In this document: positions 22,729-35,070 of the stretch, piece after piece
Layout of the letters: each line of letters begins with the position of its first letter
Numbering within the stretch: the first letter of the stretch is position 1
Assembly: GCA_013265495.1 (NCBI GenBank)
Contig: MU057822.1
Location: forward strand, 361,852 to 413,504
Reading direction: 5' to 3'
Source of the DNA: Vicugna vicugna
Taxonomy: Eukaryota
Length of the DNA: 51,653 bases
The notes under the pieces: model-generated
Seen by the model: only the letters and a program-made list of their open reading frames with translations
Databases searched by the model: none
Told to the model about the DNA's origin: nothing
Made by a program: the position numbers and the translations under genes

Positions 22729-25700
22729 TGAGCCCCCAGGAAGGTCCAGGCCACATCCTCAGTCGCCTCCCCAGCAGCTGCTCTGCTCACCAGCCTGACC
22801 CCACCCAGAGCAGGAGCTGGCAGTCGTCTTCCTGCGGCGATAGACTGCAACAGTTAAGGACCATGGTGTGATAGATCCCATTTCAAATGATTCTGTATGA
22901 TTGTCAGACTGTGATCGAGTTCACTAGATGTCTCATTCATTGGACCAGGCCATCTAGCCTAAGTGGTAAATGTGATAGGAATTAAACCCCATTCTGCTAA
23001 TTACGTACAAGGACAGTTTGAAAAGCATTTTCCCTTCCAGTAGCTTAGTGTCCATCTCAGAGCATTCATGAAGTCTTCCTGCCTGCGCGGACTTTCTAGG
23101 CAGAGCCTCACAGTAGAAAGCTGGCGTCTGGCTGCCTGACGAGAGCTGGCTTTACTCTAGGGTAAGTGGCTGTGGACTTCTGCATAGTGTTTTCATAAAG
23201 ATAATAGGATCCTCTTGCCCTGAAGTCTCTCTCTCTCTCTCTCTTTTTTTTTTTGAAAAGCTAAGCTATATTTTTTAGTGAGCTACCCCTTTAAAAAAGG
23301 TGAAATCTTTCTAAACAGGGTTCAAAGATGAGAGCTGAACAATTGTGGCCTTAACAACTGAAAGCTTTACCAGTATTCATGCTGCTCGGGCGTCAGGATT
23401 GCAGTTGGGCAGCTTGACACCCCCTAGCAGCCGTCTCATTCTCTCATCTTGCTGTGTCCTGTCTGTGGAGTCCTCAGTCATCTGCTACTAGGCAGTGGTA
23501 GAGGAGATGCACTTTTATTGTGCTGCACTTTTTATATAGCTGCATTATTGGTGATTCCAATTTAAAAATCCATGTTCAAAAATGCCCTCGCACACCTGTA
23601 CATCAGCAAGTCTAACGATTAGCTGTGACCGGACCTCTGCTCACACTGAGTCTTAAAGGGACGATTCCTGCGGAGTGTCATTTGGAGCAAGAACGTCACA
23701 CGGGCCCAGGGATGATAAAGGGAGTCTCTAGCCTCCCATTTCCTGACATGAGTGCCTCTTGCTGAAACCCTCCCAGTTACGCTGTGAGTGCTGTCGGTCC
23801 TAGGTCCCAGTGCTGTGTAGCTTGCTCTGCCCCCAGGAGAGCTGGCGGCCGAGGGCCCCGTTTTGGAAGGCTCACTCATGTGCTGAGTGAGGTCCCCAGA
23901 GCTTATTGGACCTTAGTCGCTGCTAGTACACACGTTAACCCTGAGATGTTAAACTCCTTTTCCTTTGAAGGTTTGGCCAGTTTTTTGAAAGATGCACATT
24001 TAAAGAGAAACTTCTACCACTGCTAAAAAAAAACCCACAAAAACTCTGAGATGAACAATATGTGTTATATACAGTTATACTCAGAGATTAACAATCTCAA
24101 TCATACATACTGATTTTTTCAGACATTTAAATAACCACTACATTTTTTTGCATTAATGAAGTATGGATATATGTGTAAAAGGGACTAAATATTTTTTTGC
24201 AACGCCTGTTTTTTTGTTTGTTTGTTTATTTGGATAGTGGTATGTCTTCCATGTTGCTGTAGATTTATACATCCTATTGCCTAAATATGTGTGTAAAATG
24301 AGCTGATAAACCAGAGTGCTACTTTTTCTTAATACTTCTGTGATTTATAAGATATATATGCTTTCTATGTTAATAGGAGCTTGTGCACAATGTTTAAAAG
24401 AAAAAAGTAATTAGAAGAGTTCCCTTGTCCCCTAAAGTCTGTGACATATTTCATATAGAATTTTTATGGAAAAACAGCTAGTCTTGGCAAACACCTGACC
24501 ATGTGAAGCATGGGGTCAAGTTTCCGTTTTCTGTTGCCTGAACCGGGCCTGGGGAAATGGGGCTTAGTTAGGTGGCTTGGTTCTTTAATTGGAAAGTAAG
24601 ATAATTACACTTCAGATACGAATTGAGGCGGTCGGTACTTTTTATACCTGTTCTTTTAATGTTCGTGGTGGAGAGAGGATGGGAATTCAGTCAGCAATGA
24701 GGCTGATTGTCCTGCCCCTGCGCTACCAGACCAATTTCAATAGCAGTCTTGCCTCTAATTGCACTTAAAAGTCTTAAAATCATGTTTAAAATAGGTTGAG
24801 TCCAGCTTCTTTTTCCTTACGGAGTCCAGGGATAGAGACGGTACTTAGCCACCGAGGGCTGCGGGAACATCGTGTGAGTTCTGCGTTGGCTTCAGGGTGC
24901 GTTCTTGTAGAGGCAGATAAAGCACCTTTCCAGAGTCTCAGGAAGCCCCCTGACAGGCTGATGCTCACAGGGCTGCGCACACACGCTCCTTGAGTGGTGG
25001 CTGCCCTGGTGGGACTTTACATGCTCTCTGCCCCCTTTGTACTCTCCACCCTGTCGAGACTTGACTGTACAACTGCCTAGCTGTTCTTGTTAAATTTTAA
25101 TCCGTGGCTTAAATACTAGTAGCAAAAACTCAGTTTTATTCATTCAGAAAGTTGACAGCTATGAATGAGTAAGCAGGAAGAATAAACTTCAGTGGGATGT
25201 AATTCGCTGTACCAGTCGACATTATTACACTGAATTAGCTTTTTAACTGCCTATTGCTCATCACCAGATTTGGATGCAGTGTATCCTCAACAGTCTTGTC
25301 TTTTTAAAAAGATGAAGGTACAAATCATGTGCTATCTATAGATCGAAAGGCTGAGACTAACCTGCTATGATCCCCTAACACAGGACTTTCCCACAGACTT
25401 AAGTGCCTACACTTAGGACTTCTTAATTTTCAGTTATCTTTTTAGTGGTGTCTCTCTGAATGATGTATTGGAACATGTGTTCCGTTTGGAGTTTGTTGCC
25501 TGTGCTTGTCAACCCCAATTACCAGTTTAGTCAAGGCCTGGTTAGATTGCTCAGTCCACCTGCCATATTCTCTCCAGGAGTGGGGTCCATGTGACTGTTT
25601 GTCCTCTACCTCAGAGTCCTGAGTTGTTTCTGACTGCCGTGTTCAGCTTCCTCAACTCTTCTCCCTGAATGGGGCCCTGCATGGAACTCCGTGTGCTTGC

Positions 25701-26520
25701 GGGTCCCCCTCCTGTTGTATTGAACAGTATCGTGCTAATCTTGTCTGCAGGCAGGAAGTGGAGGAAATGCCTTGGGATGGGGGAGAGCCTTGATCTCCAT
25801 CTAGTTTTTTCTTTTTTTAATCTGGAGAAAAAACCCTATTGAACTATGTAATGCTTAGCTCTGAAAGGCAAAATAACTCCCCAGGTGACAGTAGCATGAG
25901 CAAGTAAGTGTGACACTTCCGCAACAGCCCCACTTGGAGCTTGCAGGCTGAGGCTGAGGCTGAGGGAGCTCCTGAAACAGGTGCTCCAGATGCTAATTTT
26001 TGGAAGTAATTTAGTGAAGAGCTGATTTTTTGACAAGACATAAACTAAACACTTAGTAAATTCCCAGAAGTTACAGATGCCTTAAAGACTTTCTTTGGAA
26101 GATCATTGCCTGTACAGTTACTTTTTTGTGTGGCATAAATAATATATTAACCTGCTACAACTGACAACATTGGTTTTCTGTAGCTAGCAAGTCTTGAGTG
26201 GGTAGCCTGCTCAACTTAATGACTTACTGGCCTTTTTTGGCAGCTGTGTGCAGTTGGCTGTTACCGTGACAGACCTGTGTGACATACCAAGGGGAAGGGC
26301 TGGGCAGAAACTGCAGGCACACACGAGTTGATCGCCTAGGCTTGCAGGCCGGTCCGGGTGGGGCTCAGTGTGGGACGAGGCCATCATATAGGACCACGGC
26401 GCTTATCAGCATTGTTTCTTTGGAGTCCGTGTAATGGAATGTATTTTTCAAATATTGATATTTGCATTTTCTGTAACAATTCCTTACAAATAAAATGAGG
26501 TAAAACTGCATTTAAAGTGG
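22729..26520 (+). other. ANKFY1: Probable ANKFY1 3'UTR (end approximate)
   Basis: Follows the stop codon; repeat-poor with AU-rich blocks; ends near AATAAA at 26489, which has upstream TGTA motifs. Confidence 0.6.
26489..26494 (+). terminator. Candidate ANKFY1 distal polyadenylation signal AATAAA
   Basis: AATAAA with upstream TGTA elements in AU-rich context; ATTAAA also at 26574-26579. Confidence 0.55.
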
Positions 26521-27492
26521 AGATCTTAATAACACATTTGCAGTTCCTTTTAATGCAAAAAGTACCAACGGGCATTAAAAACAAACAAAAATTTTTAAAC
26601 TCCTAACGTGAATACATTTCTTTAACAACTACTCTTCAGGAAAGTTTGTTTTTCCAACACTTTTCAAAAACACATTGTTGACAGCAGTTAAAAAGTAGCT
26701 GTTCTAGGTGTAATGCCAGCTGCCTGGACGTGCTGTGCTCCTGGCCCAGACTGTGTGACCAGAGCGGCAGTCTCAGTCATGTGACCCCACTGCACGTGCA
26801 GTCTCCCCCGAGGACCCTGGAAATGCCCTCTGACCCCATTATTTAGGAGCAGCTCAGGAGGGTCCACCCATGGTGGGGGTCCTGCTGGTCATGGTCTAAA
26901 GGGAGGACCAGTGCGGTGCGCTTCCGAGAAAACTAAGGAAAGTTTAGGGGTTTGCAAGTTAAAATCTAGTAACCTGTAATCTCCCCATACAAAATGCACA
27001 AATCTAGTAGCTCACCTGGCCCTAACACTTTCATGAACTAGCGTTTGCGTTTCCTTCACCTGTCTTCCATTTTGCTCACCCCTTGTTCGGACCAGCTGGG
27101 TGATTGATGGATCTCATTCTCTGGTGGCCTTTATCCTAGTTAACAGGCATGGTTAAGGGCATCCAGTAACAATTCCAAGTGTTCCTATTAGCCATCCTTA
27201 AGAAAACATTGTCAGATTATGTCATGATATGTGAGTTAAACAGGCAAGTTTCATAATTTCTATGCCTGAGTTTTTGTGTCTATAAAATACAAGTGACCGT
27301 GGTCCTTCCCAACTCACAGGGCTGCCTTGCGGAGGGTGGCCGGTAGTAAGTGACATGTACTTCTCTCATGCTGGTGTGCATGGCAGAGTCTCCTTCAGTG
27401 CGGGCTGCTGGGAGCAATGGCTGCTGCCTTCTTGCAGAGAAGAAATCTGGGGGGCTCAGGCAGTAGGAAGTGTTCTCGAGGGTGGGAATTCA

Positions 27493-27640
27493 GGTTTCCA
27501 CAGACCACCCTAACCTGTCCGTGGGGTCTGTCTTTCAGATCACAGCTTGTCCTGGCGCTGAGGGTCTGAGGGTTTCCACAGACCACCCTAACCTGTCCGT
27601 GGGGTCTGTCTTTCAGATCACAGCTTGTCCTGGCGCTGAG
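27493..27640. repeat. Perfect 70-bp direct duplication with 8-bp spacer
   Basis: 27493-27562 is identical to 27571-27640; spacer ggtctgag. Confidence 0.97.
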
Positions 27641-28559
27641 CACACAGGGGATGGCATCGGTGGTCCGAAATGGCTCCCTTTGCTGTATAGTCAGTCATGC
27701 AAAAAATCCCAGGCTCTTCACTCTTAGTTCTGTGTTTATAGGAAAAACTGGAATCTCAGGATTAAAACACAGATGTTACAGTTTCCTCCAGCTTGTTGGA
27801 GGGCAGCTGCGCAGCCTTCGCTGTCACGCTGCTCACTGGTTGGTAGAGCGAGCAGACATGGGCGAAAGCCGAGCTCTGCCGTGCAGTGACTGCTGTAACC
27901 ATTAGATGAGGGGATGGGGTGTTTACGTCCCTTTTCTGGACCATAAAAAGACCCTCTCAAGGCTGGCATAGAGGTTAAGTGAGAACAGAGGATGCTCCCT
28001 CCCTGCCTAGCATGCTTGCCCAACATGTATTCGTTTTCTTCTCTGTTTCCCTCTGCCAACAAGTCTCAACTGCCCGAGCCAAACTTCCGTAGCTTCCATC
28101 AGAAAGCAACTGCCTCCCTCCTCCATGGTTTTGCCCAGGAGAGAGAAAGGACAGGCATTTCTCCAGTAACCACTAGCTTCTCGTGGCTGAGCCCTTTGGA
28201 CCATGAACATGAAAACCTACAAAGTGAGTGGTTGGCATCGAAGAGGAAATGAGTTCTCATTAGGCAAGGAAGTAAGCAGCCTGCGGAGGCTGGCTGAGTG
28301 AGTCCTGAAAAATGGGCTCAGGGGTCTTCCATCAGCCAGAGTTTAGGTCCATACATGGCTGGGATGACTGTAAATAAGCCTTGTTTTGCTCCTTTCCCAG
28401 TTTGTTTTTGGTAGGATCTAAACATCTCTAGACCTGGCCCCCACACCATCCCTGCATTCCTACCCCAAGAATGGCCTCCAGCTGCGCTAAGCAGGGCTTT
28501 ACCCTGCCATACTGTGAGCTCCTTGAGGTCGGGAGCCTCACTTTCCTCCTGTGTGCTTA

Positions 28560-29900
28560 CCATGCGCAGGTACTGTGGATATGGGGGTACAAAGACAAGT
28601 AACCTTTGGTCCCTGTCCTCAGAGTCTGCAGTTTAATGCGACAGTCTGATAAGAAATTTCTAGTTAAGAGACACTGTGCTATTTGTTATTTTAGAAGTGA
28701 ATATGGTGTTATTTTCCTATGGGAAAGTGCATGTAAGTCCAACTGGTGGGCCAATGGGAGGCTCCCAGTTGATTGAGCTGAGTTTTTAAGAGATAAGAGG
28801 TAGACAAATTGAGCAGAAGAGGTGTCATTCCAGGCAGCAGGGGCATCCTGGGTGGTGTCGCAGGCATAATGCAGTGAGATGAAGGCTGGAGGGAACAGTG
28901 CAGGTGGGAGGTGGGGGGGAGAGATTCTGAGGCTAAGAGGAGCCTGACCATAGATGGGCTGTGTGCTGCTGAAAAGTTACTAGCACCTGATCCTCACAGC
29001 TGCAGGCGCCAGTGAAGAAGTTTAAATGGAGAACGCCCTGACCATCAAGCACATGACTCGGTGGTGTGAGGATGGGCTGGAGGAAGTGCAAGTGGATTCC
29101 GGCAATGATCCCGGGGAGACAAGACAGCCTCACCCAGAGGTGGTGGCCTGGGAGTGGGTGAGGGGATGGGAGGGAGGGAACTCAGGAGGTGGGACTGCCA
29201 GGACCTACAGATTGGTGGGGAGGAGTTGGGGAAGACTGGGTGACTGGGGACTGTAGGATGGTGATGGTGGAGCCAGCAGGGGAACTGGAAGAATGGTGAG
29301 GGAGAAGATTTAAGATTGACTCAGAACTGTGGTACCTGAGGGGCCTACAGAAATGGTTGGGACAGACACCTGGACTTGAGAAGTGATGTGGCAGCTGAAG
29401 TAGGAGGAAGGGGAGCTGGTGGGAAGGGCTCATGCAGGAGGAGGCTTTCAAGGAGTCTGAGAAGGAACAGTATGAGGGAGATAAGGGAAATTAGGAAAAA
29501 GCCAAGGGAGGGTTTCATGAGGGCCCTCAAATGTGACCAGCCAGGAAGATATTAAGTGAACGTGGCCATGGGTTTGCCAGGATGGGATTTATCCTGCCAT
29601 GGAGCAGAGAAGGGCAGGAGCTGGGCGACTGTGCTGCACAGCGAATAGGGGCTGAGGAGTGAAGGCAGTGAGTACATGCAGCTTTTTCAAAGCTCCACAG
29701 AGACAGGAAGCAGACGTGGGGCTTTGGAAGAACGTGGCACAAGGGGGTGTTTTACTTATGATGTGACAGCGATGAGCTACTGAGTGCATCCTTAGAGGAA
29801 AGAGCCAGGAGGCAGGAAGAGGCTAAAGGTACAGGAAGGGCAGATGAGGAAGCTCCCAGGTGGCCAGAGGAGCCGAGAGCGGAGTCCAGGTGTGAGGAAC
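28560..29900 (-). mobile_element. Degenerate L2 LINE fragments; bounds approximate
   Basis: purine-rich L2-like blocks, e.g. ggtccctgtcctcagag, cattccaggcagcaggggcatc, ggatgggctggagg. Confidence 0.5.
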
Positions 29901-30483
29901 AGCTGGGGCTAAAGGGCAATGAGCACGAGTCTGACAGTTACAGGGAGGCAGCCTCTGTTTTCTAGTCAGTGAATCTGGAAGCTGTTGAAGGAGAATAATG
30001 ATAAAGGAGAGAATGAAAAAAAGAGAGAGAAAGGATAATGTTTAGAGTATGAGTTGAGCGGATGGGGAGGAGTTGAGGTGAAGGCGCAGAGGAGACCATG
30101 AAACTGTAATCGCACCAGATTCCTTATCTGTAAAGTAGGAATGCACCTTGCCCCTGGCTGCTTAATCCAAGAGGTAACTGGTGTGAACTTGGCCCTGGGC
30201 AGGAGATTACAGATGACCCTGGACTTAACACTGTTTGTATCGGCATTTACAGCCTCATGCACACTTTGATGTGGCTCTTAACCAGTGTCTGTGTTAGAGC
30301 TGGAAAACTACCTTTCGCTCAAAATGCAGGCTTCTCCCTCTGAAAACATACTACCCTTAATCTTAAGTGTTTAAAAGAGAAACAGTATCCTTGTTTTAAG
30401 TTGTTGCTTTGTTCAGAGACACCTGGATGTGCTGCCTCCATGTATGCAGAAGCTCTTCCATTTCCAGAATCAGCCTACCCTAT

Positions 30484-30489
30484 TTTATT
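30484..30489 (-). terminator. Candidate CYB5D2 polyadenylation signal AATAAA
   Basis: tttatt on + strand, ~660 nt past the CYB5D2 stop. Confidence 0.6.
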
Positions 30490-31151
30490 GTCTTCTCTCA
30501 CTGTATTGGTCCAGCTGAAACTAACTCAGTGTGGCTTTGGGCTATAAATTCAAGTTTGCCTTAGGGTAGAGGTCTTACATATAAAAAAGACTATAAAAGT
30601 CACGGGTCACAAGTTTAGCGAGTGGGGAACTTGGAATAGGATTGTGTTGATGCTGTTAATTTACTCGGCTTTTCTGGATGTGTCTCCTTGCCTCTGAGCT
30701 GCAGGGGAATGATGTCCCTTTCTGCCAGTGCCCCCGATGCCCTGACATCCAGATTTGGGTGGGAGGTACAGGCTGGTCTGGGCAGCCTGGGAGTCCGTGG
30801 GAAGAAAGATGTTGAAGCTCAAAGCCCTTCTGTGTCTGTCCAGTTAGTCTGGAGTTGGTCATATCTGTGCCCATTAATATCTGTGGACACCAAAGGAGGA
30901 TGGAAGGAGAGCTAGAGGAACAGTGACAAGCACAGGCTGATCAGTACCAGGCAGGTTGCCAGGCTCTGGCCTCAGTCACCAGGATGGTGAGTCCATGGTG
31001 AGGGGGCCTGAGTCATGTTTGCAGTGTACAGTCAGAGTCCTTCCAGGCCCTCTTGTTTCATGTCAGGAGCCATCCTGGGGCACATGAGTCAAGGGCCCGT
31101 TAGGGTTCTGGGCAGGGTTCTTTGTGGGTTATCAACATACAGGGTACCAGC

Positions 31152-31368
31152 TTATAGGGGAAAGGAGCAGGTGATGGCTAAGGGTGGGCAGCCTGTGTAT
31201 TCCCCCAAGTTAGGGTGGTCCAAGTCGCCACGATTTCTGCGTGTAGGGTTGTCGGACGTCTGGTCACTAGGAGGTCCAGTTGTTCTCACACACACGCAGT
31301 GGGGCTCCTTGGCACCTGGCTTAAACAGCTTCCTGGGGACGCCAGTCCAGTCTCTGTTCACACCTCCA
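31152..31368 (-). CDS. CYB5D2: CYB5D2 (neuferricin) exon 4 coding part, stop TAA
   Basis: minus ttctcttcttag| acceptor; [28 protein letters not shown]...[16 protein letters not shown]. Confidence 0.95.
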
Positions 31369-32777
31369 CTAAGAAGAGAAGGAAAGAGGACTTCTTAAAA
31401 GCATGAACTCCTGAGTCTCTCTGGGAAGGGGAGAGGAGGAAGCAGTGAGCCAGGCCTGCTAAAAGAAGCCATTCCACTTCCCATCTTGGTGTTTCCCCAA
31501 GGCGGTGGCCTGCGGTGTTCACCCTGAATCTCGTGCTCGCCCGGCTCCCTCCAGCTTCCCCTCCCAAAGGCAGTCCATCGTCCATTCACTGTGCTCTCCG
31601 GGTCCCTGCCCTGTGCCTTCCTAAGAGGCAGCACCACCTCCCGGCATTGGGGGTCACACTGCAAGGCTTTCCCCCACGGGCCTGTGAGCTTCTCAGAAGC
31701 AGTGTCTGGCTCTGACTGCCTTTCCCTTCCCCACAACATCCCAGCACAGGGAGGGTGATCTTAGAGTCCGGGGCACTTGGGGGAGGGTGGAAGACTGAGG
31801 CAGCAACCCAAGGCCCCATCGTAGGTTGGCCGTGTCTGGGAGGCTCTGGGCATAGGGTGTAGTTGCAGGCTGTCCTGCCCCTTGTACAGGCCTGGTCCTT
31901 GCTGTCACCAAGCTTCAGAGATGGAGGATCAAGCTCTGGCCCAGCAGAGCCTGAGCCACCTCCTCCCCTGGGCAGAGAGACCTAACTCATCGTAGGGTAT
32001 TGAGTTCAGCCTCGCAAAAGGAAAATGAGATCCTTGGAACTGATGCCCCATACAGATCCCAGTGCCCCGGGCCAGGATCACTTGCTGGTCAGGGCGCTGA
32101 CCTGCCTCCCTTCTTGCTCCCTCTCTCCCCCTAAGGCCATCCACCCATTATGAGTGGCCCTTACTCCACACCCAGGCCTTGCCTTCAGAACTCGTTTCTC
32201 CCAGTCTAGAGGGAGATATGTACATGTGAATGGAAAACAATGAACTGGGCTGAGGCGCGGGGACAGGGCCAGACAGCTTAGCACTTAGGGAAGTGGCCCT
32301 TTTCCCTGCCCCTGCTCCGTGAAAGCTGGGCTCTTACTGTGAGGCCCTTGAGGAGGCTGGGGGCGGGGGCGGGGTTCTGTTTGCTGCCTTCCTTTCCCCC
32401 CTTAGCAGAGGTGAAGGAGGACTGAGGGACCTGAACTGCACTGGAGTCCAGGCTGGCCTGATGGTTAAAGCAGGGAAATCTTTCTCCAGCTTCCCTAAGC
32501 CAACCTGGAACAAGTCCTGCCTGGGGCATCTCATCTAATCCGGCTCACTGTTCTTACCGGAACAGACTGTCTACCTATGCTTCTGGATTTACTCGGAATT
32601 TGCAGTGTTTTTTTAAGACAGCACCTCAGGGCATCGCTGCAAGTGGCCATCCCCCCTCCTCATCTGTCTCCTGTAGGAAGGCCTGATTTGTGCGGACAAA
32701 TAGGAGACTGAGGCCCTTGGACAGGTGAACAGGCAAGAGCCAGCAAGAAACAGTACTTAAGCCATCTCATTCCCAGG

Positions 32778-32930
32778 CCAGGGGTTCTTCAGCAAGGTCT
32801 TTGGAGAATTTAGAAAAAGAAAAAGAAGAATATGCCCAGGGCTCAACCCTAATACTCTCACCCATTTGTTTGGAGTGAGGTCCCATCATCAGTGATTTTT
32901 TAAAAATTCCCCAAAGTTGAGAATCACTAT
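32778..32930. mobile_element. MER5A-like hAT MITE
   Basis: caggggttct...atgcccagggctcaacc...ttttttaaaaattcccc...aagttgagaatcact. Confidence 0.55.
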
Positions 32931-33065
32931 CCCAGAGCACATGTATTTTGACAGACTTCCCCTGGGTTAGTGATGAATTTATGGCCTCACTCAACAACAC
33001 AGACAGGATGACCTGGAAGTGGGCTTTGCGGGAGAGGCGGAAGGGCAGAAGGGAAGCCCGTGTAC

Positions 33066-33252
33066 CTCTGCTGGGAACACCAGAACCGGCTGCCCCTGGC
33101 TGAGCTCCACTCCACATTGCATGGTGGAAACTTCTGCTTCTCTTTCAGTTCTTGTTTGTTTGCCTCCAAGCCTTTGGTGATCATAGCGTCTACCTGGGTC
33201 AGTTCTGGGGTAGGCAGCCCATCCTCTCCGTAGAACCTTCCTATCACCCTTC
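33066..33252 (-). CDS. CYB5D2: CYB5D2 exon 3
   Basis: minus caccacag| ... AG|gtacac; [18 protein letters not shown]...[21 protein letters not shown]. Confidence 0.95.
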
Positions 33253-34199
33253 CTGTGGTGAGAGGAAAGCTGATGTCAGGTAACAGTGGGGGAGGCACGA
33301 ACAGAGGCTCGGCTTCTGCAGCTGTCATAGTAAAGCTCGAGTTCCCAGGGTTTCTGCCTTCAGGGCTCTACAGTAGCCTACTGGCTGCGTCTTTATTAAG
33401 AGCTAATTGGAGGAACTGGTGATGCCTTCTGTCCTGATGTCTCTCAGCATCTTATGCCAGGCCAGGCAGGGGCCTCCCTGTTCTAGAGTCCTCCAGTACG
33501 GAGGTTATAAAATCTCCCTTCTGGACATCAGCTCCCCGAAAGTGGGACCACATGTGACTCATTTTTCGATGTTCCACGGTGTTGGAGGCACACAGTAGGT
33601 GTTTAATAAATGTTTGATGAATGAATGGCTTACTGCGTGACATTTATGTGGCTCAGTTCTTCCCCACATTAAATTGTTTTGTGTTCTATAACGTAAATTA
33701 GTCATTCATTGAGTGTTCACTCAGTGTCAGGAGCTATGCCAGCACTTTCCCACTGTTTTGTGAGAGAAATCAGTGTGACCATAGTCCTAGGAGAGAGACT
33801 GGGGGATTCAATAAGTGGGAAGTCTCTGAGGCCACTGAGTGGGTCTGGCACCCAGCTCATGCGCTCCCCTCCACCTTCAGTGGACACACTGAGTGGAAGC
33901 CGGTTTTAGTTTAAAATCCCTGTCCCACTTTGTAAGGTCTAAGCTTTGGCAGCGGCCAGCAAGTGGTCAGTGAGCCTGTAGGCCAGAGCCAAGAAGGGGT
34001 CAGTTCTCCCTGGATGTAGGGACATTCATCTCCGAGTCCTGAAGTGCAAGTGACCTTCACAAGCAGCCCTGTCGGAGGGCAGGAGAAGCAGCAGAAAACA
34101 CTTCTAGGTCTGACCCAGTAGGAGGCGGTAGCAGTATATATGTGCCCTGGCGGTCTGTCCAACCTCATGAGTCCCTGAGAACTGAGATCCTGGGTCACA

Positions 34200-35070
34200 T
34201 TCACAGACCCAAGATTCACTTCATCCTCTCACTTCCAACTCCTATCCTGACTTTTCCGATTCTTTTTGTCACTTTTGTCTTGGAGCCGTGCATCTCTCTG
34301 GCTTAGGAACCTTGGGCCTCTTGACTCCTCCCCCTTCACAGGCAAATGTACACCTTCTTCGTTCACATCTAACCCACTAGCGAATCGTGTCGGTCCAACT
34401 TTGAAAAACACCCCAATTCTGTCCATTTCGTTCCATCTCCACTGCTACCACCCTGACTCACACCACGGATCACAACAGTAGCCTCCCACTGCTCCCTGCT
34501 TCAGCTCATGCCCTCCGACAGTTCTTTCTCTACAAACAGTCCCTTCTCAAGCGGCTGGGATGAGCTTTTAAAAACGTAAATCATATTGTATCATCTCCAT
34601 GCCTGGTTTAAACCCACCACTGGCTTCCTAACGCATGTGAATAAAACACATACTTCTTATCAAGGCCTCCAAGACTATAACCTGACTTCTGTTTGCTTCT
34701 TTACCCTTTTCTCAAGTCGTCCCATCCCTCCCTCCCTCCCGGTAGCCTCCCTGATGGTGCTTCACTGCTCCCCTCCTCAGGCACTACTGTTCTCTCAGTT
34801 GAAATACCCTTTTCCCAGATCTCAGGCTCCTTCTCACCTTCCAGGTCTCAGCTGAACTGTCATCTCCAAGAGGCCTCCCCTGACCATCTGCTCCACAGGG
34901 GCACACACTCCCAAACATGCATCACATTAGTTTTTGTTTATTCACAGCCCTGTCTGGAATTTTCTAATCAGTTTACTTGTTTCTGCTACATGCTCCCCAG
35001 CAGTGAGGCCCCAGCACTCAAAGCAGCTCAGTCCAGAGCATTCACTTTAAATGCTTGATAGAATGAATGA
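34200..35070 (+). mobile_element. L2 LINE 3' fragment; bounds approximate
   Basis: catctccactgctaccaccctg...ttttaaaaacgtaaatca...aggcctcccctgacc..., ending aaatgcttgatagaatgaatgaa. Confidence 0.7.

Noticed and set aside
22726..22731. Tandem stops TAG TGA as a readthrough signal
   Set aside because: The second stop would end any readthrough at once; not a known readthrough context
27493..27640. Palindromic direct repeats as a mini CRISPR array
   Set aside because: Only two 70-bp units with an 8-bp spacer, in a eukaryotic context with no cas genes
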